From an uncultured Poribacteria bacterium (lineage in GTDB: Bacteria > Poribacteria > WGA-4E > WGA-3G): a DNA stretch of 64,000 nucleotides. Location: NCBI GenBank assembly GCA_958296135.2, contig CATQHZ020000001.1, positions 3,872,001 to 3,936,000 of the forward strand, in the 5' to 3' direction. Shown in pieces: positions 48,301 to 58,012 of this stretch (position 1 is the first letter of the stretch; every line of letters begins with the position of its first letter). The position numbers and the translations under genes are program-made. The notes under the pieces are model-generated. The model was not told where the DNA came from. It searched no databases and saw nothing but the letters and a program-made list of their open reading frames with translations.

Positions 48301-49429
48301 CCGTGGCGAGGTAATATGCCTGCAAACCGTTGGGCAGATTGAAGATAATCTCGCCGCCATCGTGCGTAAAAGAGAGCGGGTGCGTAAAAACATTTTGACT
48401 GCCGACGTTCCCGGCAAAATCGTAGGATTTCCAATACGAGCCATACCGTGAGCGGTGCCGTTCCACCACGCGATTATTCTCGGAGACGCGGGATTCATTG
48501 AACCCGGCACGCCAGACGCGCACGCCCGGCGCACTCTCGATGTTGCGGGCCACGTTCACCTCCAACTGGGTCTCCAATTCCCGGTCCGTCTGCGGCAAAT
48601 CAAGAATGTCGTTGTAGAGGGGCGGCAGGGAGGCAGTCGCCAGGAACCAATCCACATGAATGAACGGCACCTCGGTGTCCGTTTCCTGCTTCAGCGTGGC
48701 CATTTTCTGCCTCAGCGTGGCATAGGTTGGTGAGTTTCCGTAATCAATAGCATAGGGATAGACATCTTCCATCAGGGTCCATGCATCGGTGACATCCCAA
48801 TCGTAGTGGCGCAAATCGATGTAGAAGAGCGTTTGGGCTACGTCAATGGGTTTCGGCTTAAGAATCTCGGCTCCCCAGGAGAGGCTGTTAATCAGTTTAG
48901 AGAGTGCGCGGCGATATGCGCCGAGTGCCTCATTGCTTTCGCCGGCGTTATAGAGATGCGTCATAGTGAAATAGCGCACGTAGGGCCGGTCAAACGGATC
49001 AAGGGAACTCACATGCCGTTCAATAGCGGTGAGCATTGCATTCGGCGTGATGAAGGCGCGTTGTGTGCGCGCAACTTCCCAATTCAGTGCGCCGGCTGCA
49101 ATCCAGCGGCGCACGGTATCAATCTCCGTTGGCGTGAGCGGGTCGCGTCCCAATGGCATTCTTTTGTGATTGGGCTGATTCGGAAGCAGTCGGAGAAAAA
49201 ATTGGGATGCATCAGGACTTCCTGGAACGACTGCCCCGGATGCAATCAACACAGGGTGCTGAATCGAGAGAAACTCCGTGAACGCGCGGTTTTCGCCGTG
49301 GCAAGTCTCGCAGTGCTGCTCAACGATGGCACGCGCTTGTTGTGCGAGGGGCTGTTGCGCGGCAGCGCTCCCAACGCCTAGCACGATGAATGTCAAAATC
49401 GTTAGTGTCCAATAGTTGAAATTTTTCAT
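45362..49429 (-). CDS. Multidomain secreted protein: c-type heme motifs, internalin-like LRR, cohesin, dockerin, FlgD/T9SS-like C-terminal domain
   Basis: CETCH and CIGCH; 22-aa LRRs; 'LAGWQFDLKFDP...VSEGSFL'; 'DVNEDGVTNLADL'/'DVNGDGVVNGEDF'; 'NYPNPFNPETWIPY...RKML'. Confidence 0.88.
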   Translation of the reverse strand: MKNFNYWTLTILTFIVLGVGSAAAQQPLAQQARAIVEQHCETCHGENRAFTEFLSIQHPVLIASGAVVPGSPDASQFFLRLLPNQPNHKRMPLGRDPLTPTEIDTVRRWIAAGALNWEVARTQRAFITPNAMLTAIERHVSSLDPFDRPYVRYFTMTHLYNAGESNEALGAYRRALSKLINSLSWGAEILKPKPIDVAQTLFYIDLRHYDWDVTDAWTLMEDVYPYAIDYGNSPTYATLRQKMATLKQETDTEVPFIHVDWFLATASLPPLYNDILDLPQTDRELETQLEVNVARNIESAPGVRVWRAGFNESRVSENNRVVERHRSRYGSYWKSYDFAGNVGSQNVFTHPLSFTHDGGEIIFNLPNGLQAYYLATAAGTRLDDAPVEIVSNPAARDPVVHNGLSCIGCHTEGMKKFTDGVRAVVAQQANPAYDKEQALRLYVEQATMDALVAEDTQRFREALEAAGGIFGGVEPVERLQQRFEEPFDAAHAAAAVGFATSAFRQEIRNGKLQTSGLQGLLLDNGRVQRDTWTSQFSTLVAALFSEDTVVTPDDDETPPVSGVHISDLQLRTAIHKALGKAENAQLTRADMLRLTNLHADRKGIRDLTGLEVATNLERIELRHNAITDLTPLRNLTRIENIKLRDNLIVDVSPLAKLINVGWLGLEENRITDLSSLSGLVKLGGLGINGNPISDISGVSGMLSLDGLAAWDTRITDLSPLAKLRKLGWMGISGGTISDLSPLAGLTSLRELTIDSSGVSDVSPLAKLTRLRELHLQENKISDVSPLATLVNLERLNLEGNRISDVSPLVGLREKTVIRLSGNPVSGSALGGPKITGPWLWVILPTTHDKADLLAQASGGSVTEQGIATDGATAGDAVGDRVWTPGTLSPNGGNNINNLVNAIGLGKGDVDDHVAYGLISIVSPREQRTRMFIGTDDSSRVWLNGELVYSVGGSGGAEDYEAEFSLSLKQGKNILLVAVEEYVAGWSGFFGFEAGTDYSVLLPGARLAYTPYAPRISVGQSFTLHLSAEEVTGLAGWQFDLKFDPAALSATRVSEGSFLETGGGTTFFRKGTIDNQAGTITGLSGSRLTAGGVTGAGGLVSVTFRVKALGETRVRVRNFQFGDTTGAIIPATSPAISINVGGAVAASAAAAHPAWDVNEDGVTNLADLALVSQAMGQPIQNPRTDVNGDGVVNGEDFALVAAHLGEGEAAAPSNAALPAGLTLETVEWALNLLHTENTGSPAFRRGIAKLEQLLALLVPDKTLLLANYPNPFNPETWIPYQLAKPADVTVSIYSADGKLVRTLDFGYQPAGVYRIRSRAAYWDGRNALGEHVASGVYFYTFTAGDFRATRKMLVVK

Positions 49430-49614
49430 TAAAAAGCTCCTTTTCTCATTCGCATAGGTAGGGCTTTAGCGAACCCTACGGATGAAGGTCAAACGGATTT
49501 TCCTATGCTGAGGCGATAAGCCTATTGGCTCGTAGCGCGGGGGCCTGTCCCTCGCGAGCGTGGCACGCCAAGAGACAGACCCTCGCCCCACGGGCAGTCA
49601 AGTTGGTTTAGCTC

Positions 49615-49890
49615 CTACTTTCCATCGCGCGGGAGCTGCGGCCGGGTTTTCATCGCGTCTAATTCGCCACGCAGCAACGCAATCTCTTCTTGCAGCCGCG
49701 TGATGACAACTTCGGCCTGCTCGCGCGCGTGTTTTTCTGCTTCCAACGCGCGCACGCGTTCTTGCAGCTGCGCGTTGACAGCGGCCGCGACGGCTTCGGC
49801 CTGCTCCCGCGCACGTTGCTCGCGCTCACGCGCACGTTTCTCGCGTAAATACATGATATGCTCCCACACCAAACACGGCGCAACAATCAC
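49615..49890 (-). pseudogene. Truncated tandem duplicate of the 3' part of 49896-50555
   Basis: Near-identical sequence from 'IVAPCLVWEH' to 'MKTRPQ', with fewer REQRA repeats and no N-terminal half. Confidence 0.6.
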
Positions 49891-49895
49891 GGGGG

Positions 49896-50555
49896 TTAGT
49901 TTTCATCCCCCTCGCGCGGCGGCTGCGGCCGGGTTTTCATCGCGTCTAATTCGCCACGCAGCAACGCAATCTCTTCTTGCAGCCGCGTGATGACAACTTC
50001 GGCCTGCTCGCGCGCGTGTTTTTCTGCTTCCAACGCGCGCACGCGTCCTTGAAGCTCCGCAGTGACAGCTTCGGCTTGCTCCCGCGCACGTTGCTCGCGC
50101 TCGCGCGCGTGTTGTTCCTGTTCCAACGCGCGGACTCGTTCTTGCAGCTGCGCGTTGACAGCGGCCGCGACGGCTTCGGCCTGCTCCCGCGCACGTTGCT
50201 CGTGCTCCCGCGCACGTTGCTCGCGCTCACGCGCACGTTTCTCGCGTAAATACATGATATGCTCCCACACCAAACACGGCGCAACAATACCCATACCCAA
50301 ACCGACACCGTAGTGATACATCTGAATGCCGATATTCCGAGCCACCGCCGCCACGGAGGCCACCCACTTCACCTCCGGAAAAATGCCAGAGGCAATTTCA
50401 GATGGCACAACAATGAGCATCGTCGCACAAAAGGCGTAGCCAAAGGCGGCTCGCGCACGGCGTTTCCAAGATTCGGGAAGCTCGCCCAGAAAATTGGAAG
50501 ACGACTCGCGGGGTTGTTCGGTGTTCTCTTGTTGGTTTTCTTGTTCTTCTTTCAA
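49896..50555 (-). CDS. Membrane-anchored coiled-coil hypothetical protein
   Basis: Two hydrophobic segments, then (E/H)EQRARE repeats. Confidence 0.7.
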   Translation of the reverse strand: MKEEQENQQENTEQPRESSSNFLGELPESWKRRARAAFGYAFCATMLIVVPSEIASGIFPEVKWVASVAAVARNIGIQMYHYGVGLGMGIVAPCLVWEHIMYLREKRAREREQRAREHEQRAREQAEAVAAAVNAQLQERVRALEQEQHAREREQRAREQAEAVTAELQGRVRALEAEKHAREQAEVVITRLQEEIALLRGELDAMKTRPQPPREGDEN

Positions 50556-50592
50556 ATATGATACCTTATTTCTCGCGAAAAGTCAAGTGGCC

Positions 50593-50895
50593 CCCGTAGG
50601 AGGGACATCCTTGTCCCGATACTCCTATCCCCGTAGGAGGGACATCCTTGTCCCGATACCGTACCCATCGAGACCAGGAGGTCTCTCCTACCGAGAAAAT
50701 TCAAGACCGGGGGAAGGCAGGATGGCACATCCCCGGCCCGATACCCCCTAGGAGGCACATCCTTGTCCCGACATCCCATCCCCGGTAGGAGGGACATCCT
50801 TGTCCCGATGCCCCCGGTAGGAGAGACCTCCCGGTCTCGATACTCCCATCCCCGGTAGGAGGGACATCCTTGTCCCGATACCCGCCTGTCTCGAT
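50593..50895. repeat. REP-like array (family B, CCGTAGGAGGGACATCCTTGTCCCGAT)
   Basis: At least six copies or variants. Confidence 0.88.
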
Positions 50896-50898
50896 ATC

Positions 50899-53307
50899 CT
50901 ACTTCCGAATGAGCATCTTCCGCGTAGCCCGAAAATCGCCCGCGGTCAGCGTATAAAAATAGATGCCACTCGCCACCGGTTCACCCAGCGCGTTCTTGCC
51001 ATCCCAATACGCCGCACGACTCCGCTCTTCATAGCGACCGGAGGCCTGATACCCCAAATCCAGCGTCCGAATCAGGCGGCCATCCACCGCATAGAGCCAC
51101 ACCGTCACCCGCCCCGGTTCAGACAGGTGATACGGGATCCACGTCTCCGGGTTAAATGGATTCGGATAGTTCGGCAACAAGACAGTCGCTTCCGGGCGCA
51201 GTGTTGCAAGAATCTGTTGGAGTCTCGCGATTCCCTCTCGGAACGCGACAGACCCGTCGGTTTCTAGCTGCGCGAGTTTTATCCACGCCTGAACCATCGC
51301 GGGCGTAAGTCCACTGTCCATCGCCAGAATACTCGGCGCGGCAGCCGATGCCCCATCAATGTGTTGCGCAATCAGCACGAGGTCTGCGATGTTGATTTTC
51401 CCATCACGGTTGACATCCGTTTGCCGGTTCAGGGCTACCGACTTGCCAAACGCTTGGCCCACCATAATCAGGTCCAGCACGCTCACCTGGCCATCACGGT
51501 TCACATCCCAAGCAGGCACGCTCACCACAATGCGCGCATCCGGCGCGTTCACCGTATATTCTGTCCCCGCCTCAAACCCAAAAAAGCCGCTGAATCCTCC
51601 ATGCGCGTGGTTGTCAAGCGCAACCAACAATACATTCGTTCCTCGTTTCAATGAAACCGAGAAAGCGTCTTGGTAATTGTCAGCCCCACGGCCAACGAGT
51701 GCTTGGTGAACCAACTTGCCGTTGAGCCACACTTTGACAGCATCATCGCTGCCCACCAGCATCGTCGTGGTCTGTTCGCGCGGTGACTGCAGGGATATAG
51801 AGCCGTAAACGACATGGTCATAGATTTCGCCACCGCTTCCCCAGCCGAGCGCAGCTGTCATCTCGTTGATGTTATTATCCCCCGTGGGAGAAAGAGCATG
51901 GGCGCGCCATTTGCTACCCCCAACCGCTTTCCCCTCCGTCGCACCGAAGGTTGCTACCTTCACTTCTGTAGCAGCACCACGAGTGACCTCGGCGAGCAAA
52001 TCCCGGTCATCCAATTGGAATGCTGGCACGAGTGCCCACAACCAGGGACCCTCAATTTTTGGACCGGCGGGTGGCGAACCGTGGTAGTTATGAACAGCGG
52101 CCCCCTCATCAAAACCCGGGTTGTCGCTCCAACCGATAGGTATCCTTTCCGCTAACGCCGCCAACGGCGACATGTCAACGATGTTGTTGTGGCGAAGGAC
52201 GAGCCGTTCTAAGCTAACTAACCCCGCAAGAGGTGAAACGTCCGATATCTCATTGCCGGCAAGATAGAGCTCTCTCAACCCGGTTGCCCCCGCCAAGGGC
52301 GTGAGGTCCGATATCCCGCCGCCGCAGATATCTATTGTTCTGAGTTGGGGCAAGTTCGCAAGGCCCGAGAGGTCATATATCGGGGTACCCCACGAGTGAT
52401 AGGTTTCTAGATGGTTCAATCCTGCCAAGGGTGCCAGGCTGAATCCCACGTTTTCGCTTATCCAAAGCCCTTTCAGTTTTTTTAGATTCGCGAGCGGCGT
52501 GATGTCCGATATCACGTTATGACCTAAATTTAACCATTGTAAGTTAACTAAGCCGGCGAGCGGCGTGACATCCGATAGCAAATTCCCATCCAAATCCAAA
52601 TTCCATAATCGGGTTAACCCAGCGAGCGGTGTGATGTCCGATATCAAATTCTCCTCCAAATCCAAATGTCCCAATCGGGTCAAACCGGCAAGCGGCGTGA
52701 TGTCCAATATGGAATTGCCCTCAAGCCTGAGTTCTTCCAAACCGATTAACCCGGCGAGGGGAGAAATATCTGAGGTGGCGCAGTGATCCATATCAAGCCG
52801 ATTCAGGTGGACTAACCCTGAAAGCGGTGCCAAGTCGGATACCGGATTGTGGCTCAGCCCTACCCCGTCCAATTTTGCTAAGCGGGTGAGGGGAGATACG
52901 TCAGTTATGGCGTTCTCCTCCAGTCCCAGCCACGCCACGTTGACGAGTTGCGCGAGCGGCGTGATGTCGGATATCTGGTTGCCGCGCAGCTTGATGTTAT
53001 CCAAAGCGACAAGGTTAGCCATCGGCGCGAGGCTCGATATCGCGTTGTGGCGCAGTTCTATCCGTACCAGATTGACGGCCGCCTCCAACCCGGTCAGCAG
53101 GCGGATCTCCCTGCCATCGGCGCGAAATTCGGTCAGCGTCGCCATCTCCGCGCGCGTAATCTGCGCGCCTTCCTCCTTACCGAGGTGCTCCGCTAGGGCG
53201 GCGCGGAGGTTCAAGTCAGGAATGTTCACGACTTGGGCGGATGTCTGCAATGTCGCGCACAGCATAAGCGCGCTGATGAAAATGAGTGTAGTGTGACGAA
53301 GTCTCAT
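50899..53307 (-). CDS. Internalin-like LRR protein with dockerin and FlgD/T9SS-like C-terminal domain
   Basis: 'IPDLNLRAAL' LRR cap, ~14 LRRs, 'GPKIEGPWLW...SDDAVKVWLNG' domain, 'DVNRDGQVSVLDL' pair and 'NYPNPFNPETWIPY'. Confidence 0.9.
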   Translation of the reverse strand: MRLRHTTLIFISALMLCATLQTSAQVVNIPDLNLRAALAEHLGKEEGAQITRAEMATLTEFRADGREIRLLTGLEAAVNLVRIELRHNAISSLAPMANLVALDNIKLRGNQISDITPLAQLVNVAWLGLEENAITDVSPLTRLAKLDGVGLSHNPVSDLAPLSGLVHLNRLDMDHCATSDISPLAGLIGLEELRLEGNSILDITPLAGLTRLGHLDLEENLISDITPLAGLTRLWNLDLDGNLLSDVTPLAGLVNLQWLNLGHNVISDITPLANLKKLKGLWISENVGFSLAPLAGLNHLETYHSWGTPIYDLSGLANLPQLRTIDICGGGISDLTPLAGATGLRELYLAGNEISDVSPLAGLVSLERLVLRHNNIVDMSPLAALAERIPIGWSDNPGFDEGAAVHNYHGSPPAGPKIEGPWLWALVPAFQLDDRDLLAEVTRGAATEVKVATFGATEGKAVGGSKWRAHALSPTGDNNINEMTAALGWGSGGEIYDHVVYGSISLQSPREQTTTMLVGSDDAVKVWLNGKLVHQALVGRGADNYQDAFSVSLKRGTNVLLVALDNHAHGGFSGFFGFEAGTEYTVNAPDARIVVSVPAWDVNRDGQVSVLDLIMVGQAFGKSVALNRQTDVNRDGKINIADLVLIAQHIDGASAAAPSILAMDSGLTPAMVQAWIKLAQLETDGSVAFREGIARLQQILATLRPEATVLLPNYPNPFNPETWIPYHLSEPGRVTVWLYAVDGRLIRTLDLGYQASGRYEERSRAAYWDGKNALGEPVASGIYFYTLTAGDFRATRKMLIRK

Positions 53308-53627
53308 TCGGTTTTATCTCCTATTTTGTCAGATACGGACGCAAATGCCAGATTTTCGCCCCGGTAAACGCGGCTTGTAACCGCGCAGGCCCGGAAAGCG
53401 CGCTTACAACGCGCGCCTACGGAATTCGTCGTGCGTCCATCCTATTTGCTAAGAATGTGTGCCTAAGGTAGACTGAAAGTCCCATTGCCGAAGCAAAAAA
53501 ACTTAATATGAGATTGATTTTACACAAAATGTGCGCAAATGTCAAGTCTTTTTGTCAAGAAAAAACCTCAAAACTACCCGTTGACAATTTGCAAGATTTC
53601 CTATAGAATACGCCTAGGAAAACCAAC

Positions 53628-55541
53628 ATGCAAAGAAAAAACGTCAGCGCGCGTGCAGTGCTCATCGCGCTCCTCTTTACTATCCCGAACTCCTACTGGC
53701 TCATGATTAACTGGGGCCCCTCCGGTTACGGCACCGGCCAGAGTTTCCCAACCGTCTCTACAGTCTACTTTAACGTCATCTTTATCGTGCTGCTCCTGAT
53801 GGGCATCAATCCGCTGCTTCGCGCTTTCCGGAAAAGCGCGTCTCTCAGCGATGGCGAATTGATGGTAGTCTACCTGCTGCTCTCCATCGCCTCCTCCATC
53901 GCCGGGCACGATACACTCCAAATCTTGTGGCCCCTCCTGACTTATCCGATCTGGTTCGCGAGCCCAGAGAACGAGTGGGGCGAAGTTTTTCAACAACATA
54001 TCCCTGAGTGGCTCTCTATCAAAGAACGGAGCGCGCTAGCGGCCTTCTATCAAGGCGATTCTACACTCCACACAGCGCAACACCTGCAACTCTGGATGAC
54101 ACCGGTGCTGTGGTGGAGTGCCCTGGTCATCGTGCTAACATGCATGATGCTCTGCATCACGCTGCTCATCCGGCACCAGTGGGTAACACACGAGAAGTTA
54201 AGTTATCCCGTGATTCAGATTCCGCTTCACCTCACCGAAAACGGCGGACGTGTGTTGTTGACAAACCGGCTGTTCCTACTCGGCGCTGTGCTGGCGGGCG
54301 GGATAAATTTACTCAACGGGCTCCATTTCCTCTTCCCTGTCGTGCCGGGATTAGGCGGCAGCCTCTACAACCTAGGACAGTATTTCCAGACCAAACCGCT
54401 CAGTGCCATCGGCAGACTCCCCATCGCTGTCTATCCGTTCGCGATTGGGATGAGTTTTTTCATCCCGCTAGAGCTCTCATTTTCGATCTGGTTTTTCTAT
54501 CTCTTCCATAAAATGACGCGCGTGTGGGGGACGATGGCGGGCATCGGGCATCTGCCGGGGTTCCCGTTCCTCGATGCACAGTCGTTCGGTGCGTGGTTCT
54601 GCCTCGGCATCTCGGCTATTTGGCTCACTCGCAAATTCATCGTGCGGCAGGTGAAAATGGCATTCCAAAGCACGGCGAACGGAAACCCTGCTGAACGCAC
54701 GCGCATCCGATACGCGATAATCGGATTGATAGCCGGAAGCATCTTTATCCTCGTTTTCTTCAAAAGCACCGGCACGCCGATTTTCAGCATCTTCGGCTAT
54801 TTCGCGCTCTTCTTCGCGCTGGCGATTGCGATTACACGCATCCGCGCAGAAGTCGGGCCGCCGGCACACGACGTGCCGTGGAGACCGGATAAAGTGCTCG
54901 TCTCTTTCATCGGCACGCGCCGCATCGGCGCGGAGGGGTTGACGACGTTCAGCATGTTCCACGGGTTCAACCGCTCCTACCGTTCGCATCCAATGCCGAT
55001 TATGTTGGAGGGATTCAAGGTGGCGCAAGTGCGCGGGTTGTCGCATAACCGCTTTATTATTGCCATCATCTTGGTGACTATCGTCGGGACGCTCTCCTCG
55101 GCGTGGGCATATTACGCGCAAGGGTATCACTACGGCGGCGCAGTCTACGGCGAACAAGCGCAATGCCGATGGACCTACGAACAGTTGAAGCAGTGGCTAA
55201 TCAACCCGCAGGCCATCGATGTCGGCGCGGTTTCTGCATCCGGCGGGGCAATCGCACTGACGACACTCTTGATGGTGCTGCGCCGACGGTTTATCTGGTG
55301 GCCCTTTCACCCCGCAGGCTACGCGCTGTCGCTCAGTTTTTGGAATACGAGCTGGTACTGGTTCTCGATTTTCTTGTCGTGGGGGATAAAAGCGATTCTG
55401 TTTCAGGCAGGTGGGTTGCGCACGTATCGACGCGCAATGCCGTTTTTCATCGGACTCGTCATCGGCGAATTCATCGTCGGCGCGATTTGGACGCTCATCG
55501 GCATCTCATTAGAGCGCCCGATGTATCGCTTTATGTTCTAA
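53628..55541 (+). CDS. Polytopic membrane protein (DUF6785/DUF6784-like, putative transporter)
   Basis: About 14 TM helices; 'QW..HEKLSYP', 'RIRAEVG', 'WWPFHPAGY' and 'PFFIGLVIGE'. Confidence 0.75.
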   Translation: MQRKNVSARAVLIALLFTIPNSYWLMINWGPSGYGTGQSFPTVSTVYFNVIFIVLLLMGINPLLRAFRKSASLSDGELMVVYLLLSIASSIAGHDTLQILWPLLTYPIWFASPENEWGEVFQQHIPEWLSIKERSALAAFYQGDSTLHTAQHLQLWMTPVLWWSALVIVLTCMMLCITLLIRHQWVTHEKLSYPVIQIPLHLTENGGRVLLTNRLFLLGAVLAGGINLLNGLHFLFPVVPGLGGSLYNLGQYFQTKPLSAIGRLPIAVYPFAIGMSFFIPLELSFSIWFFYLFHKMTRVWGTMAGIGHLPGFPFLDAQSFGAWFCLGISAIWLTRKFIVRQVKMAFQSTANGNPAERTRIRYAIIGLIAGSIFILVFFKSTGTPIFSIFGYFALFFALAIAITRIRAEVGPPAHDVPWRPDKVLVSFIGTRRIGAEGLTTFSMFHGFNRSYRSHPMPIMLEGFKVAQVRGLSHNRFIIAIILVTIVGTLSSAWAYYAQGYHYGGAVYGEQAQCRWTYEQLKQWLINPQAIDVGAVSASGGAIALTTLLMVLRRRFIWWPFHPAGYALSLSFWNTSWYWFSIFLSWGIKAILFQAGGLRTYRRAMPFFIGLVIGEFIVGAIWTLIGISLERPMYRFMF

Positions 55542-55609
55542 GGGCGGATATAGAAATCCGCCCTTACAAACGGATCCGGGCGGATATGGGAATCCGCCCA
55601 CGCAAATCG

Positions 55610-56878
55610 CTAGATTGCGAAAGTTTTCTCATCATCAATCACCGCGAATTCAAACCACGTCTTGGCATCCGTGTGCCCCAGCATCTTCTTCACAAATGCC
55701 CACTCCCTTTCCGAGCTCGGACCGGCTTGAAGCAGCCGTTCGTTATGTGCCGCAATGTCCGCCTCGTCCTTCGGGTAGTTCTCCCGCAGCCACGCGTCAA
55801 CCTCGGCATCGGTTGGCAGCGTCTTGAGTGCTGCCGCGAATGCGTCAGGCGTGAGACCGAGGAATCCCAGCGCAATCCGGTCCATCTTGGAATCCTCGCC
55901 GTAATAGTAAAGCCCCAGCGAGTCGGAGTTTGCGGCGCGACCCTTGTCTACCATCCGGGCAACGTGGACGATGCCGCAAATATCGGTGACGAAGGGGCTG
56001 CGGGGTGCGCGGCGTTCAAGATCGACTATGCCGAAACTGCGTTCATCATCAACGTCTTGAAGCGCGACCCAGGTGGTAATCTCCGTGGGACTTACGCCGA
56101 CTTCGCGGCAGCGCGATTCAAACCGTTCGCGCGTCTCTTCACTAGGCGCGTAGTTGACTAACGTGTGGTTGAACGCATCGACCTCGGCCGTTGATTTGCC
56201 AGAATTTTCCAGCACCCAGTCGCCGAGCTCAAAGTTATTCGGGTTATTAACAGCGGCCTCTTGAAAGTCAGCGGCGGAGATGCCGAGGAATGCCAAAATG
56301 CGGACATCTTGTCCGGAAGCATCGCCATATTTATACTCGCCGATTTTCCCGGCGCGTTCGGCGCGAGCCTTGTCTGCCATGCGTGCAACACCACAGATGC
56401 CGCCGACATCCTTCGCCCGCGCACTGCGCGGGGGCCGCTCGGTGAGAACCACCTGCCAGAAACTGCCCCAATCGTCCAATTCCATGGATTGGAGCCCCGT
56501 CTTAATATCGGTGCGTCCCGGTGCAAACCGAGCGATACGTTCCTGCATCCGCTGTTTGTGCTCATCGGTATCGGGCAGTTGTGTGAGCCTCTCCTCATTA
56601 AACGCCGCTATCTCCGATGCCGTCTTGCCGCTCGTCTCAAGCACCCAGTTGCTGAGGGCGGCATCGTCGTGTTCTTTCACGGCCGCCGCGAATGCATCGG
56701 CGGAGATACCGAGGAACGCGAGGACGCGCCGGTCTAAGCCTGATGTCTCGCCGTAGAGATAGTCACCGAGGGTTTCCTCGTTTGCGGCGCGTGCCTTGTC
56801 TGTCATCCGTGCCGCGCCAACAATACCGGCAATGCCGAGGTTTGTCGGGCGGCGTGGGGGTTGACGTTTCAAATTCAT
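55610..56878 (-). CDS. Protein with three DUF5069-like domains
   Basis: Three ~140-aa repeats of 'PPR....GI...ARM.DK.RA....LG.Y.YG..S..D...L.FLG'. Confidence 0.8.
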   Translation of the reverse strand: MNLKRQPPRRPTNLGIAGIVGAARMTDKARAANEETLGDYLYGETSGLDRRVLAFLGISADAFAAAVKEHDDAALSNWVLETSGKTASEIAAFNEERLTQLPDTDEHKQRMQERIARFAPGRTDIKTGLQSMELDDWGSFWQVVLTERPPRSARAKDVGGICGVARMADKARAERAGKIGEYKYGDASGQDVRILAFLGISAADFQEAAVNNPNNFELGDWVLENSGKSTAEVDAFNHTLVNYAPSEETRERFESRCREVGVSPTEITTWVALQDVDDERSFGIVDLERRAPRSPFVTDICGIVHVARMVDKGRAANSDSLGLYYYGEDSKMDRIALGFLGLTPDAFAAALKTLPTDAEVDAWLRENYPKDEADIAAHNERLLQAGPSSEREWAFVKKMLGHTDAKTWFEFAVIDDEKTFAI

Positions 56879-57041
56879 GAGTCACTCCTTCCGCGTTGCA
56901 AATTTGACGCGAATATAGTATTATATTTTCCATGGATATGGTATCATATTTGCAAAAAATGTCAAGCGCGAATTGTTCAGTGTCCAAAACGATTTCGTTT
57001 TCGGAAAGGGTTATCGTTTTTATCAAAAGTAGGAAGCGAAC

Positions 57042-57539
57042 ATGAAAGTCATTGTTGTTTTGCTCGTGGCGTTGGCTATCTTACAGGGCCCGGCGTTCGG
57101 CGAGTTCTCCGATGCGGATTTGAAAAGGGTAGAACGACTAATGAACGCCGCGCTGGTGCCGGTGATAGAGGAGCTCAACGAACTGAAGACCGAGGTCCAA
57201 GCGGTGAAAACGGAACTCGCCGCTGTGAAAAACGCCGTAAGCGAATTGAAAGGCGAGGTCCGCGTACAAGGAGATCGAATCTCCGATCAAGAAAATCGGA
57301 TCACCTCTCTGCAATCGCAACTGAATTCGCAGACGAACGCCCTGCTGGTTGTGGCAGGATTGCTGGTGACGGTGCTACTGTGGATGCTCAAGTAACAGTG
57401 GGATGCGCGTCGCGAGGATAACAAAACGATTACGTCGCAGCAAGAGACGATTGTGGCACTGCAAGCGGAGATTGAACGCCTCAAATTGGGCATTGTCACG
57501 GGGCAAGGTAAACCGGTTGCGGACAACGTGACATCGTAA
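57042..57539 (+). CDS. Signal-peptide/coiled-coil/TM protein interrupted by an in-frame TAA at 57393-57395
   Basis: 117-aa ORF. The same frame continues for 47 codons of coiled-coil-like sequence to TAA at 57537-57539. Confidence 0.6.
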
Positions 57540-57767
57540 TGTTACGAGGATTAAACGGGCGGATGGCTGCGGAATACCTCTCACGCATTTAGGAATGGGA
57601 GGCTCGGAACGTGGAGCGGGTTCGCGCGCTTATCACCCTCGCCGAAAAGCGTGGCACAACCTTGCGCGGTGTCATGGCACAACAGCGAGGGACAGGCCCT
57701 CGCACTACGGTATAACATCGGCATTGCGAGGGACAGGCCCTCGCACTACGGAACAGAGACAGCGTTT

Positions 57768-58011
57768 ATGGAACGAAACACCCTCTATTACGGCGATTGC
57801 CTCCACGTCATGCAACAATGGCCCGAAAACACCGTCGACATCATCGCCGCCGTTGAAGATGGGGATAAGCGAATACCCGCGTCTGCAGTTCTTCTCGGTT
57901 GAGGACTACTATGCAAATCGTGCGCCGTTGCAATTGCCGGCGTTGTCCAACCCGTGGACAGGCAAACCGAGGCAAGACTCGTTGTTGGATAAATTGGGAG
58001 GGTTAAACTGA
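57768..58011 (+). pseudogene. DNA methyltransferase remnant with internal deletion, copy 1
   Basis: MERNTLYYGDCLHVMQQWPENTVDII (N6/N4-MTase start) joined out of frame to 'YPRLQFFSVEDYY...NPWTGKP'. Confidence 0.65.
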
Positions 58012-58012
58012 T

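Noticed and set aside
50593-50895. CRISPR-like repeats
   Set aside because: Spacing is irregular and very short, and the unit is a dispersed GTAG palindrome.
45362-53307. Diversity-generating retroelement (similar 3' ends of the two LRR genes)
   Set aside because: No reverse transcriptase is present. The similarity is ordinary paralogy of the C-terminal domain, and I saw no adenine-specific mismatch pattern.
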